From Minisyncoccota bacterium (lineage in GTDB: Bacteria; Patescibacteriota; Minisyncoccia; Phycocordibacterales; XYD1-FULL-46-19), in contig JBAYIK010000001.1 in assembly GCA_041665625.1 (NCBI GenBank), positions 2,091 to 66,090 on the forward strand: DNA of 64,000 bases, given 5' to 3'. A program made the position numbers and the translations under genes. Each line of letters begins with the position of its first letter. The stretch's first letter is position 1. Under the pieces are notes generated by a model. It saw nothing but the letters and a program-made list of their open reading frames with translations. It made no database searches and was not told the DNA's origin. Positions 1 to 8,556 of this stretch are shown here, piece by piece.

Positions 1-2
1 CA

Positions 3-845
3 GTTGGGACCACTGGTGGAGCATATTCAACAAGTTATGGTGTTCAGACAACTGGAACGACCACTACGGCGACCACCACTCCACAAGTTGTCGCTTCAAT
101 CTTAAGTAGTCTCAGTCCTAATTCACCTATGGCTGGCAATGTGGCGATTTCTGCCGATCAAACAACTGATGGTGTGGTTCTTGGTGTTTTCCGCTTAAAA
201 TCAATAGACCAAGCCTCTGCCTTGGAGAGTTTGAGATTCAGAATTAACAATAGTGTTGGTGTTGACCCTAGTGTTTTTAGCAACTTCTATTTATTTGATG
301 GGGTTAATCGATTTAATTATTCTCCATCAGAACGGATATATGAGGGGCTGGTAGATTTTTACTCTCTAAATATTCCTTTACCTAAAGATATTGATAAGGA
401 CCTAACTTTTATGGTGGATGTGAATCGGAGTCTTTCTTCTTTTTCTGCCTCAACGACAATTATAGCTAATTCTATCGAAGCTCGCGATGCTAACGATAAT
501 CTCGCGACTACTTCAAGTACGGTTGATGTAACTGGTAATAATCAAATGTTCACTCCCTGGGGGTTAACAATGACAATGAGATCCTTTGCCGAGAATGTTT
601 ACTCTTTTGATCTAACTAGCACTGAGAATGACCTGTTTATATCAAAAAGCTCTCCTTCTGGTGCTTTAGCCTGCTCTAATTCTCCTCAGGCCTATGACAC
701 CGACACGGCCTATCTTATCCCTGCTGGATCAGCTCGTCGTTTTTCTCTCTATTCAGCCGAACCATTAACTTCAATAACTATTAATTACGGGGCCAGTAGT
801 TCAGACCCAACAGCTTTATTATTAACTCAAGACTTAGCCCTTTAA
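3..845 (+). CDS. Thr/Ser-rich surface protein, 5'-truncated by the window edge
   Basis: Frame of the 129..845 ORF is open back to position 3 (VGTTGGAYSTSYGVQTTGTTTTATTTPQ...); beta-rich, Thr/Ser-rich composition. Confidence 0.6.
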   Translation, partial: VGTTGGAYSTSYGVQTTGTTTTATTTPQVVASILSSLSPNSPMAGNVAISADQTTDGVVLGVFRLKSIDQASALESLRFRINNSVGVDPSVFSNFYLFDGVNRFNYSPSERIYEGLVDFYSLNIPLPKDIDKDLTFMVDVNRSLSSFSASTTIIANSIEARDANDNLATTSSTVDVTGNNQMFTPWGLTMTMRSFAENVYSFDLTSTENDLFISKSSPSGALACSNSPQAYDTDTAYLIPAGSARRFSLYSAEPLTSITINYGASSSDPTALLLTQDLAL

Positions 846-850
846 AAGAG

Positions 851-1354
851 ATGAAAACAAAACTAATAATAAGCTTAACTTTAATTTTGGCTGGGTTTGC
901 CAACTTAGTGATGGCTTCAGAAATAACAGGTATTTTATCAACTGGCTTAAATGGTAATGTCAACCAAACTCTAACGGGGACAGTTATTGTCCCCGTTATT
1001 CCGCCTGTTAGTTCTGGTGGGGGGTCAAGGGGTGGTGGAGGAGGTGGTTATGTCAAACCTCTAGTTATTAATGCCTCTACAACAACGGCTTCCACTACAC
1101 TTCAGTTACTTCCTCGTGTTCTTGGAGCTTCTACCTATCGCTTCGCCAGACTTTTAAGGCTGGGCTCAAGTGGTGATGACGTTAAAGAATTACAAGAGAG
1201 ACTTCGAACAGAAGGATTCTTTAAGTATCCCGTCTCGACTGGTTATTTTGGCACTCTGACAAAAACGGCTCTAATCGCCTATCAAAAGAAAAATAAGATG
1301 TCACGAACGGGGGTCTTAAGTTTAAGGGTAATGGATAAATTGAATTACAAATAG
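851..1354 (+). CDS. Secreted peptidoglycan-binding domain protein
   Basis: Signal peptide, Gly linker, C-terminal LRLGSSGDDVKELQERL...TGYFGTLTKTALIAYQKKN PG_binding_1-like motif. Confidence 0.85.
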   Translation: MKTKLIISLTLILAGFANLVMASEITGILSTGLNGNVNQTLTGTVIVPVIPPVSSGGGSRGGGGGGYVKPLVINASTTTASTTLQLLPRVLGASTYRFARLLRLGSSGDDVKELQERLRTEGFFKYPVSTGYFGTLTKTALIAYQKKNKMSRTGVLSLRVMDKLNYK

Positions 1355-1366
1355 AAAAACAACTCA

Positions 1367-1609
1367 ATGAGTAAGCCGATTCGTGAATTAACCAATGCTG
1401 AGATTATTGACAATGAAGGACATTTTGATAATTGTCTTCTCTTAAATATCCCGCACACCAGATATAGTCTCTATTGTGTTAAGCAAGCAGAGGATGATTG
1501 GGCTGTCTTTATGCTTGACATGATGAGCACTGACAGAGAGCTCGTCAATGAGCATATGACAAATGAAGTGTTAGCTAAGACTATTAGTCACATTCTTGAT
1601 CAAAAATAG
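1367..1609 (+). CDS. Hypothetical protein (80 aa)
   Basis: ORF directly after the previous gene, ending at a terminator. Confidence 0.55.
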   Translation: MSKPIRELTNAEIIDNEGHFDNCLLLNIPHTRYSLYCVKQAEDDWAVFMLDMMSTDRELVNEHMTNEVLAKTISHILDQK

Positions 1610-1644
1610 CCAGTAGCCCTCTTATTAGGACCACTGGCTATTTT
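1603..1644. terminator. Bidirectional intrinsic terminator
   Basis: AAAATAGCCAGT...ACTGGCTATTTT inverted repeat between convergent units. Confidence 0.7.
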
Positions 1645-1647
1645 GTC

Positions 1648-1797
1648 TTCGTCGCTATTAAGCACGCAGGTATAGGGCCAAAGATTTGGCATTGGCAACT
1701 CTCGCAAACTCTTCAGGTGTTGCCACCCTTGGTTCCTTAGAGTTTGACCCAGCGATATCATTCGCATCTCTATACCCACGCACTGGATAGCGACGAA
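1648..1797 (-). ncRNA. Candidate structured ncRNA (long closing stem, multi-stem core, possible pseudoknot)
   Basis: Arms 1648-1675 and 1770-1797 pair over 28 nt (22 WC, 4 G-U on the minus strand, 2x2 loop); inner stems 1693-1699/1719-1725, 1677-1681/1686-1690, 1752-1755/1762-1765; loop 1705-1712 complementary to 1739-1746. Confidence 0.6.
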
Positions 1798-1811
1798 TAA
1801 ATTCTTGCTCT

Positions 1812-2489
1812 TTATCTCAGCCCAACAAATGAGCTGATCTGTTCGCTGGCCTCTTGTCTGGTCATGGTCAGCAGAGAGTTTAAGGATTCTTCTCGCTCAT
1901 TCTCATCAGGCACATGATCATAAATGAGTTGTGTCAGGTAGCTTTTTTGTCGGTCACTAATCATAGGCACACCATCGGGCTTTTCCTCTTCGATTTGAAT
2001 CGGACCACCATAGCTTGCTCTATCGTCCAAGTCCATGGTGAAGTAGGCACTGATATTAGCCGAGCGGATGATGGCCGACAAAAAAGCCGACTTTTCCGCG
2101 AGCTTAATGGTCTTGTTCTCATCATTGTCATTACGAGACAACGAAGCACATCCACGACCTTCTGAGGCAACACTGCCATTAGGATGATAGATAACGCACT
2201 TGAAGGCGATCAGGTTCTTGGCATCGCTAAAAGAGGCCAAAGTGTCTCGATCAAGCTCAAAACGACTGGTGAAGCCATAGATTTGTGCAATACGCTCGCC
2301 ACCGCCCTTGCTGAGCACTTTCTTGCCATCAATGACGTTGTAGTCTTGACCTTCTTGGAGAATCGGCAAAACCTTGTCGATAAAATATCTCCTTTTTAAC
2401 AACATCAAGTTAACACCCTGCTTGAAGTAATCGAGAGTATTGAGGACTTCGCTAACTCTAATTGCCCCTGTTTTGTTAAGAGTTTCCAT
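1812..2489 (-). CDS. Putative phage-type single-strand annealing protein (Rad52/Sak-like)
   Basis: EGQDY..LSKGGGERI..EGRGCAS..NKTIKLAEKSAF..FTMDLDD pattern and C-terminal ISDRQKSYL...MTRQEASEQI helical domain, resembling phage recombination proteins. Confidence 0.55.
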   Translation of the reverse strand: METLNKTGAIRVSEVLNTLDYFKQGVNLMLLKRRYFIDKVLPILQEGQDYNVIDGKKVLSKGGGERIAQIYGFTSRFELDRDTLASFSDAKNLIAFKCVIYHPNGSVASEGRGCASLSRNDNDENKTIKLAEKSAFLSAIIRSANISAYFTMDLDDRASYGGPIQIEEEKPDGVPMISDRQKSYLTQLIYDHVPDENEREESLNSLLTMTRQEASEQISSFVGLR

Positions 2490-2497
2490 AACGATTA

Positions 2498-2797
2498 TTA
2501 ATTAGTTTCTGCTAATGGCTGGACCTGGAGTCGATGAAAAAGAGCGATGCGCTTAGGGTATTTCTTAAGTACATGGCCGTCCTGATCTTTCTTTTCTACT
2601 AGGGTTAGGCTAGAGAGAGACTTTTCGCCCTTTTTGACCACGAAGCCTAACTTAATCCACTCACGAAAGGTTCTGGCGTCTTGGTAGGGATCAAAGGACT
2701 CGGCAACTTCTTTTGAGAAGCGTTGAGCGATCTGGGCCTTGACGTCCTCATAGGTGCGAAGTGACCCACGATAATTTGTCTTAGTTAAAGTGACCAT
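2498..2797 (-). CDS. ArdC N-terminal-like ssDNA-binding protein
   Basis: RTFREWIKLGFVVKKGEKS...LFHRLQV matches the ArdC-N/DUF1738 TFxQWxxxGxxVKKGEK...F..Q motif. Confidence 0.7.
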   Translation of the reverse strand: MVTLTKTNYRGSLRTYEDVKAQIAQRFSKEVAESFDPYQDARTFREWIKLGFVVKKGEKSLSSLTLVEKKDQDGHVLKKYPKRIALFHRLQVQPLAETN

Positions 2798-3073
2798 AAT
2801 AATTAATGATTAATGACTAAAGACCTCGCTGGACTAGAGCGAGGCGAAGGGTGAAGCAATTAGTCGACCAATAAAATTAATTTATCTAATTACTTCAAAA
2901 ATATAGTTGGTAGCTTGTTTATGTCTTAGGGGATATGGGGGGTTGTCTTTGGGTCCCTTCTTGGCCTATAGCTGGGACCACAGAGTAATGGTCTCATCCG
3001 CTCCTGGGACTACTATTGTTAATTCCTAATAAAAAGGCCTAATTTGACCACCCTTTTAGCCAGAAAAAAATTT

Positions 3074-3103
3074 TTGTAAAAATTTGCAAAAAGGTGTTAC
3101 CAT
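3074..3103 (+). promoter_or_regulatory. Sigma70-type promoter, copy 1 of the island promoter family
   Basis: TTGTAA-N18-TACCAT with extended TG, 6 nt before ATG 3110. Confidence 0.5.
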
Positions 3104-3109
3104 TAACTG

Positions 3110-3847
3110 ATGGGGTGGTTAGATTTTTCCAAAAAGAAACAAATTGAACCAGAGGACAAATCTGTTCCCCTGGACGTTGAATGCCCTTATTGCCAAGTTC
3201 CTCTTGGTAAGTTCCCCTCCAGAAAAGGGGTTTGTCCTCACTGCCAGAAGACTTATTGGGTAAGAACAGATCCTTTTTCTCGAGAGAGACTCGTTTTGAC
3301 TGAAGATGGTGTTAGGAAAAATGAAGAGCAACAATTTCGTTATCAATTAATCTCTGAATTTAAAAGATCCTTGTTTAATGTCATTGGCGAGGACGAGTTT
3401 GAGAAATTGTATCAAGAAACAAAAGAGGCTTTTGTTAAAAAACGTGGCAAGGCTCCATTAGAGGGAGACCTTATGTGGAGTATCTCTAATAAAATGATTC
3501 TGTTATCAGCCAAATCTCGTGATTGGCGGGCAAAGACTGGAATGATATATTGGGCTCAGTCTCAATTCGTTTATGGCGAAGGGAAGGACTACGCTTATAT
3601 CAGAGAAAAAGATTTTGAGTTGGAACTAAAGTTCTTACGAGAAACGGGAACTACTGATATGGTTGAGATCCTTGCAACGCCTAACAGCTGTCCTGAGTGC
3701 CAACGTTTTGATGGCAAAAAATTTACCATTGAAGAGGCTCTGGACCAGAAGATCTTGCCACACAAAAAGTGCACGACTGAGCCTAATAAAGCGGGCGTGG
3801 GCTGGTGTCGTTGCCTCTATGTACCAAGTCTTGATCACTTGGGATAA
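3110..3847 (+). CDS. Hypothetical zinc-binding protein
   Basis: N-terminal CPYC/CPHC zinc ribbon; C-terminal CPEC...PH..C...CRC motif as in phage MuF-like domains. Confidence 0.7.
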   Translation: MGWLDFSKKKQIEPEDKSVPLDVECPYCQVPLGKFPSRKGVCPHCQKTYWVRTDPFSRERLVLTEDGVRKNEEQQFRYQLISEFKRSLFNVIGEDEFEKLYQETKEAFVKKRGKAPLEGDLMWSISNKMILLSAKSRDWRAKTGMIYWAQSQFVYGEGKDYAYIREKDFELELKFLRETGTTDMVEILATPNSCPECQRFDGKKFTIEEALDQKILPHKKCTTEPNKAGVGWCRCLYVPSLDHLG

Positions 3848-3903
3848 AATTGGTGTTGATTACCATCCCGGTCATTTAAGGTTTTTTTGTTATAATAGGG
3901 CCT

Positions 3904-4212
3904 ATGGTGGGATATAATTTTGGGGATTTTATTGAAGAGGTTAAAGACCTTGATCTTCCTGAGATCAGAAGGATTGCTGACCAAAAATGCCAACAGCTTG
4001 AGAATCTTTCTTGGGGAATAAAAGGGGCGGTAGAAAGAAGGGCACAAGGGAGCGCTGCTCTTGTGGAGAAGGTGAAAGGGTTGCTTTTTTGGCTTAATAC
4101 CGGGATCAAGCCCGCAGGGTTAACTGATGATGAATTTATTCTGTTAGAGAAAGTTTGTATAAAACTTATCGAGAAAGGACAGATGTCACCGGAGGCCTTA
4201 GGGGCCTTTTAA
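3904..4212 (+). CDS. Hypothetical protein (102 aa)
   Basis: ORF preceded by TATAAT at 3891-3896. Confidence 0.65.
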   Translation: MVGYNFGDFIEEVKDLDLPEIRRIADQKCQQLENLSWGIKGAVERRAQGSAALVEKVKGLLFWLNTGIKPAGLTDDEFILLEKVCIKLIEKGQMSPEALGAF

Positions 4213-4214
4213 AC

Positions 4215-4255
4215 TTTTGTAAAAAATTGCCCAAAATGGTAAACTCTTGTCAAGT
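4215..4255 (+). repeat. 41-bp promoter repeat, copy 2
   Basis: TTGTAA-N17-TAAACT; 38/41 identical to 6394-6434. Confidence 0.8.
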
Positions 4256-4274
4256 ATCAAGAAAAGATAAAGCC

Positions 4275-4682
4275 ATGTCTGATTTTTCGGAGCCAACTCA
4301 ACGAACCTCTAAATTAAGGGACTTGCAACAAAGTATTGCTGGTTCGGTTTTCCCTTTGGGCGCGACAGCTTTAATTGGCAAGGCAGAATTAAACAAAAAA
4401 TTACTTAGTGAGTACATGAGCCTTTGTTTGGAAGACCCCAATGTGGCAAAAGTGGCGAACGAAGAAGAACTTTTGGAAACCTGCGATCTTCTTCAAATGT
4501 CTGGTGCCGGGCAATGGGTTAAAGGCAGTTATGTATCTCTTCAGGTATTGAGTGACCCGCAGTTATTAGACTATTTCTTAAAAGCGACAAGAGCGGGCAA
4601 GTCTCTGATTGGGGTAGTCTTTAATTTAACAGAATACTTTGAAAAAGGATTATCTTACATCCCTAAGGAGTGGTTCGATTAA
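4275..4682 (+). CDS. Hypothetical protein
   Basis: Start moved to ATG 4275, downstream of the repeated promoter. Confidence 0.6.
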   Translation: MSDFSEPTQRTSKLRDLQQSIAGSVFPLGATALIGKAELNKKLLSEYMSLCLEDPNVAKVANEEELLETCDLLQMSGAGQWVKGSYVSLQVLSDPQLLDYFLKATRAGKSLIGVVFNLTEYFEKGLSYIPKEWFD

Positions 4683-4726
4683 TTATAATTATTCCCGACC
4701 GAAAGGTTTGATATCTACGATACTTT

Positions 4727-5443
4727 ATGGCTGGCAAAAAACAAAAACAAGTTAGTGATCCTAGCCTCGCCCATCCTCATGAGGCCGGGTCCGAAGTTTG
4801 GCTGACTCAACCGGCAGTCCATCCTATTTATGGGACCATAATGTTTCCGATTCTTGACCACACTGATTTTTACTTCAAGGCGGCAGGATCTTGTCTTCAA
4901 GACGCAAAAAGGTATCATAACGAGATTTTATCTAAACCACTAAATAAATCTAACTGTCGGCTTGTTACTGACAACCAACTCCTGGGCAATTTCTTTCTTA
5001 ACGCTCAAAATGTTGTTCTATTTTCTTATTTGGCCCTAGAGTACTTTGCTTTGTCTTGTGCGGGGTCGTTTGGTAAACAGCGTCAATGGAAAGATCGACG
5101 ATTAGACCAGAAGATAAAACATTTAATTTCCCAAGAACTTGGAATCCCTAGGCTTCCCCAAGATCTGTGTTCTGCTTTTGGTGACATTGAGAATCGAAGA
5201 CATGCCTTAAATCATCCCCGCCCCGAAAGTGTTGCGAATGCTGATCCTCGAGAATGGGACTCGGTACATCTTGCCTGGCTACTTATAGGTAATTACGAAA
5301 AAACCTACTCAGACTCACTAAAAATTTATGAATACTTATCTGTTCCATACAAAGAACAGATGATGAGAAAATCTGGGCCAGTCACCTTAACTGGTGTTAA
5401 GCGTGGTATAAGGTTCGAAAATCAAGCTAAAAAGAATTTTTAA
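4727..5443 (+). CDS. Hypothetical protein, possible HEPN-fold RNase
   Basis: Helical protein with LALEY and an R-x4-H motif (RHALNH). Confidence 0.55.
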   Translation: MAGKKQKQVSDPSLAHPHEAGSEVWLTQPAVHPIYGTIMFPILDHTDFYFKAAGSCLQDAKRYHNEILSKPLNKSNCRLVTDNQLLGNFFLNAQNVVLFSYLALEYFALSCAGSFGKQRQWKDRRLDQKIKHLISQELGIPRLPQDLCSAFGDIENRRHALNHPRPESVANADPREWDSVHLAWLLIGNYEKTYSDSLKIYEYLSVPYKEQMMRKSGPVTLTGVKRGIRFENQAKKNF

Positions 5444-5456
5444 AGCTTAAAATTTT

Positions 5457-5855
5457 ATGGATGACTTAACCACAAAAACTGACGAGGAGCTACTGGCAAT
5501 TATTCGTCGTTGTGAAAATTCTAACGTCCCAGGTATCTTATATCAAAGAGCTTCGCAAGAACTGTCTTTAAGAGACAGAGATAAAATAATTAATAGGCCT
5601 AATAATTCTGGCTTGTTTTTGCGGGTTGGCGGGGACATGTTATTTGACGGGACAATTCAGGGTCCACAAGATGGGCCAATAGATATTGCCGTGGCCGGTA
5701 ATTATAAAAGCAAAAGTGGCAAAATTATTCAAGGGGGAAATGATCAAGAACCAATAAAAAGATGGTGGGAGAACAATTGGTTTCAAATAATTGCCTTAAT
5801 CGGAGCGATTGTCACTATTGTTTCTTTTGTCATATGGGTCAAGGGGCTTATTTAA
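5457..5855 (+). CDS. Hypothetical protein with C-terminal transmembrane helix
   Basis: WWENNWFQIIALIGAIVTIVSFVIWV hydrophobic tail. Confidence 0.65.
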   Translation: MDDLTTKTDEELLAIIRRCENSNVPGILYQRASQELSLRDRDKIINRPNNSGLFLRVGGDMLFDGTIQGPQDGPIDIAVAGNYKSKSGKIIQGGNDQEPIKRWWENNWFQIIALIGAIVTIVSFVIWVKGLI

Positions 5856-5892
5856 AAGAAGAAGTTAAAAAATTAATAACAAAAAAATATCC

Positions 5893-6387
5893 ATGTCTGG
5901 AATAATCATCCTAATCTTGTTGTTTGTGATCGCCGTGGCCGTTGTTAGGTTAATCAGGAAAAACTTTGGGACAAGAAACGACCAGCTCGTCTCAGTTTAT
6001 GAGAAAAAACCATACCTCTTTGATACAAACTCAGAGTTTAACCTATATAAGGTTTTACTTGAGCTGTTCGGGGACCAATATTTTATCTTCCCGCAGGTTA
6101 ATTATGGCCACTTGATACGACCAAAGAAAATTAGCTGGGCGAAAGAAAGAAATCTGCGAAGCCGAATCGACCGCAAGTCAGCAGACTTTGTCCTTTGTGA
6201 CCGGGAGCAGATTGTCCCTCGTCTGGTTATTGAGCTAGATGGCAGTGCTCATGATTTAAAGAAGAAAAAAGAGAGAGACGAGTTTATTAATGAGATAACA
6301 GAATCGATTGGCCTTCCGTTACTTCGTCTTAAGGTAGGGGACGTCGATAAGGAATCCATTCGGGGAAAGATCTCTAAGAAGCTCTAG
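5893..6387 (+). CDS. DUF2726 domain protein (membrane-anchored, PD-(D/E)XK-like)
   Basis: N-terminal TM; IFPQV...KSADFVLCD...VIELDGSAH...RDEFI...GLPLLR. Confidence 0.85.
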   Translation: MSGIIILILLFVIAVAVVRLIRKNFGTRNDQLVSVYEKKPYLFDTNSEFNLYKVLLELFGDQYFIFPQVNYGHLIRPKKISWAKERNLRSRIDRKSADFVLCDREQIVPRLVIELDGSAHDLKKKKERDEFINEITESIGLPLLRLKVGDVDKESIRGKISKKL

Positions 6388-6393
6388 GCCATA

Positions 6394-6434
6394 TTTTGTA
6401 AAAAATTGCCAAAGGTGGTAAACTCTTGTCAAGT
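6394..6434 (+). repeat. 41-bp promoter repeat, copy 3
   Basis: Near-identical to 4215-4255. Confidence 0.8.
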
Positions 6435-6496
6435 GTAGAGTTATTTTGTCGTGATAGTCACACGACAACATTTTTAGAAATAATTGATTTATTATT

Positions 6497-7201
6497 ATGT
6501 CTAACGATACTCAAGTTGTTAAGGAGGGGGCTAAAAATATCGCCTTTGGTTTAGGGCTTAGTTGGGTCGTTTCCGTTCTTTTTATTATCAGCGGGATTTC
6601 TGCCCTTTTTTCTAGTTTTCTTGTGGGAATTCTCATTCTCCTAATTGGCTTGATTTTTTTTCCTCCAGCGAATAAATTTATTAAGACCAAATGGAATTTG
6701 TCACTAACCAGAGGAGTGAAAATTACGACGGTTATCATTCTTTTAATTTTGGTCGGTATCTCTTGGAATCCTGCGACGCAGGAGACAACGAGTTCTGAAC
6801 AAACTAAAACACAACCATCTGCAGCTGCCAACCATACCATTGTCACCGCTACCACGACATCTGTAGTCGCTTCACAAAAAGACACCAAGAATATCTTACC
6901 TTTATCAAACGAAACAGTTAGCCAAAAGAATGCGGCTAAAAAGGCAAAGTCTTATTTAAATTACACAGCGTTCTCTTACGGTGGACTGGTCGCTCAGTTG
7001 GAGTATGATCAATTTTCACACGCTGATGCTGTCTACGGCGCAGATAATTCTGGTGCTAACTGGAATGAGCAAGCCGCTAAAAAGGCTAAATCATACATGG
7101 GTTATTCCGCCTTCTCCCGCGGTGGTTTGATCACGCAGTTAGAGTTTGACAAATTCACACAATCACAGGCAGAGTATGGAGCCAATGCCGCTGGCCTATA
7201 G
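6497..7201 (+). CDS. Ltp-family surface protein (superinfection-exclusion-like)
   Basis: N-terminal TM helices, then two repeats AAKKAKSY..FS.GGL..QLE.D.F....A.YGA typical of Ltp domains. Confidence 0.85.
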   Translation: MSNDTQVVKEGAKNIAFGLGLSWVVSVLFIISGISALFSSFLVGILILLIGLIFFPPANKFIKTKWNLSLTRGVKITTVIILLILVGISWNPATQETTSSEQTKTQPSAAANHTIVTATTTSVVASQKDTKNILPLSNETVSQKNAAKKAKSYLNYTAFSYGGLVAQLEYDQFSHADAVYGADNSGANWNEQAAKKAKSYMGYSAFSRGGLITQLEFDKFTQSQAEYGANAAGL

Positions 7202-7253
7202 CAGTACAAAATAAAACACTGTGGGAAGTTTTTCATCAATCATAAATAAATTT

Positions 7254-7700
7254 ATGGGCAATAGTTATTGGAGAGACAATAAATTAATTCAAGCTATTAA
7301 GGAAGAAAAGGATGAACATTTAAATTATGAAATTGAGATGTTCCGCGAGACCTGTAAACAACTTAACTTCCCTCAGCAGCGATTTGAAATGAACCTGTTG
7401 CTAGAATCGCTATCGGCCCATACCAGAACATTGATAGAGTTTTTTTATGACGATAAAGATGAGAAATATCCGAACGATTTAGTGGCTCAAGATCTTTTAC
7501 CCAATACAATAAACTGGAAAACTGAAAGGCCACAGATAACAGAGTTGCTTAAAGAGGCAAGAAATAAAGCCGATAAACAAGTTGCCCATTTGAGCCTTTG
7601 GAGGATAAAGATTGAACGAGATAACAAAAAGGCCTGGAACTGGAATGATGTCAGTAAAGACATGGAAAAAGTAGTAAAGAAATTTGAAGATTTAAGATAA
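7254..7700 (+). CDS. Hypothetical protein, weak HEPN-like signature
   Basis: LLESLSAHTRTLIEFF...ARNKADKQVAHLS; alternative GTG start at 7221. Confidence 0.55.
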   Translation: MGNSYWRDNKLIQAIKEEKDEHLNYEIEMFRETCKQLNFPQQRFEMNLLLESLSAHTRTLIEFFYDDKDEKYPNDLVAQDLLPNTINWKTERPQITELLKEARNKADKQVAHLSLWRIKIERDNKKAWNWNDVSKDMEKVVKKFEDLR

Positions 7701-7731
7701 TCAGGCCTAGGACTTATGGTACAATTATTAG

Positions 7732-8322
7732 ATGGAGAGACCTTTAGTCGAAGAAAGTTACCATTTATCAACTTCAGCTCTAAAACACTCCCTAGCCCGC
7801 TGTGGGAGCTCAAACGGGGCCATAATTGATGATCAACTCATCTTAACTACCGAGCACAAACAACTCACGGTTAATTATTGGCTGGAGAACGAAGCTCGAA
7901 GTTTGGCCATTAATCTTTGCGTGCCAGGTAATGAGCCCCAAAGGGTCGAGCTGATTCCTTTTGAGCTATCTTTTGGGACCAGATACTTCTTTGAGTGCCC
8001 CATTTGTTTCCGCCAAGTGAGTAAACTCTATTTGCCACCAGATCAGCAAGACTTTAAGTGTCGTCTCTGCCACCGCTTAGTCTATGAGCTCACGACCATC
8101 AACAAGAACTCAACCTTTGGCCAACAGCTTTACCGCAACGCTTGCTTTCTTCGCTTTATGAATGCTCCAGACCGTGCCATTAGAGTCTTTTATGGTCCTA
8201 ATTACACCAAGAACTATCTTCGTCGGATGAGATTTTACCGTAAGCTGGGTCTTGAAGAGCCCGGGGTTGAAAAAGTTAAAGAGAATCTTGCTTTAATTAG
8301 GAGACAAGAGGTTCATCATTAA
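7732..8322 (+). CDS. Zinc-finger hypothetical protein of a mobile-element-associated type
   Basis: RYFFECPICFRQVSKLY...FKCRLCHRLVY. Confidence 0.7.
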   Translation: MERPLVEESYHLSTSALKHSLARCGSSNGAIIDDQLILTTEHKQLTVNYWLENEARSLAINLCVPGNEPQRVELIPFELSFGTRYFFECPICFRQVSKLYLPPDQQDFKCRLCHRLVYELTTINKNSTFGQQLYRNACFLRFMNAPDRAIRVFYGPNYTKNYLRRMRFYRKLGLEEPGVEKVKENLALIRRQEVHH

Positions 8323-8556
8323 TTTTAGATATTCTCAATCGATTTAGTTTTGCTACCTCTTTCATATTACGGAGATCTCCGTTTTAGGTTGGGAAGCCAC
8401 GGCCGGGCGTGAGCGGAAAAAATAAATTAAAGTGAATATTTTTTTGCCCTTGAAATTACCCAGAATCTATGTTTTAGTCTAAGAGGAACCTGCTATTTGT
8501 CAGCATGTTTCTGTTAATTAAGACTTCAATCAACACCCTTACAGGAGGCTCGATAA

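Noticed and set aside
1658-1811. Small minus-strand ORFs across the candidate ncRNA
   Set aside because: No convincing start signal or recognisable product; nested base pairing explains the region better, though coding is not excluded
8386-8422. GC-rich stub GGTTGGGAAGCCACGGCCGGGCGTGAGCGG as an att site or tRNA fragment at the island edge
   Set aside because: No tRNA T-arm motif and no second copy in the window; the other island end is outside the window
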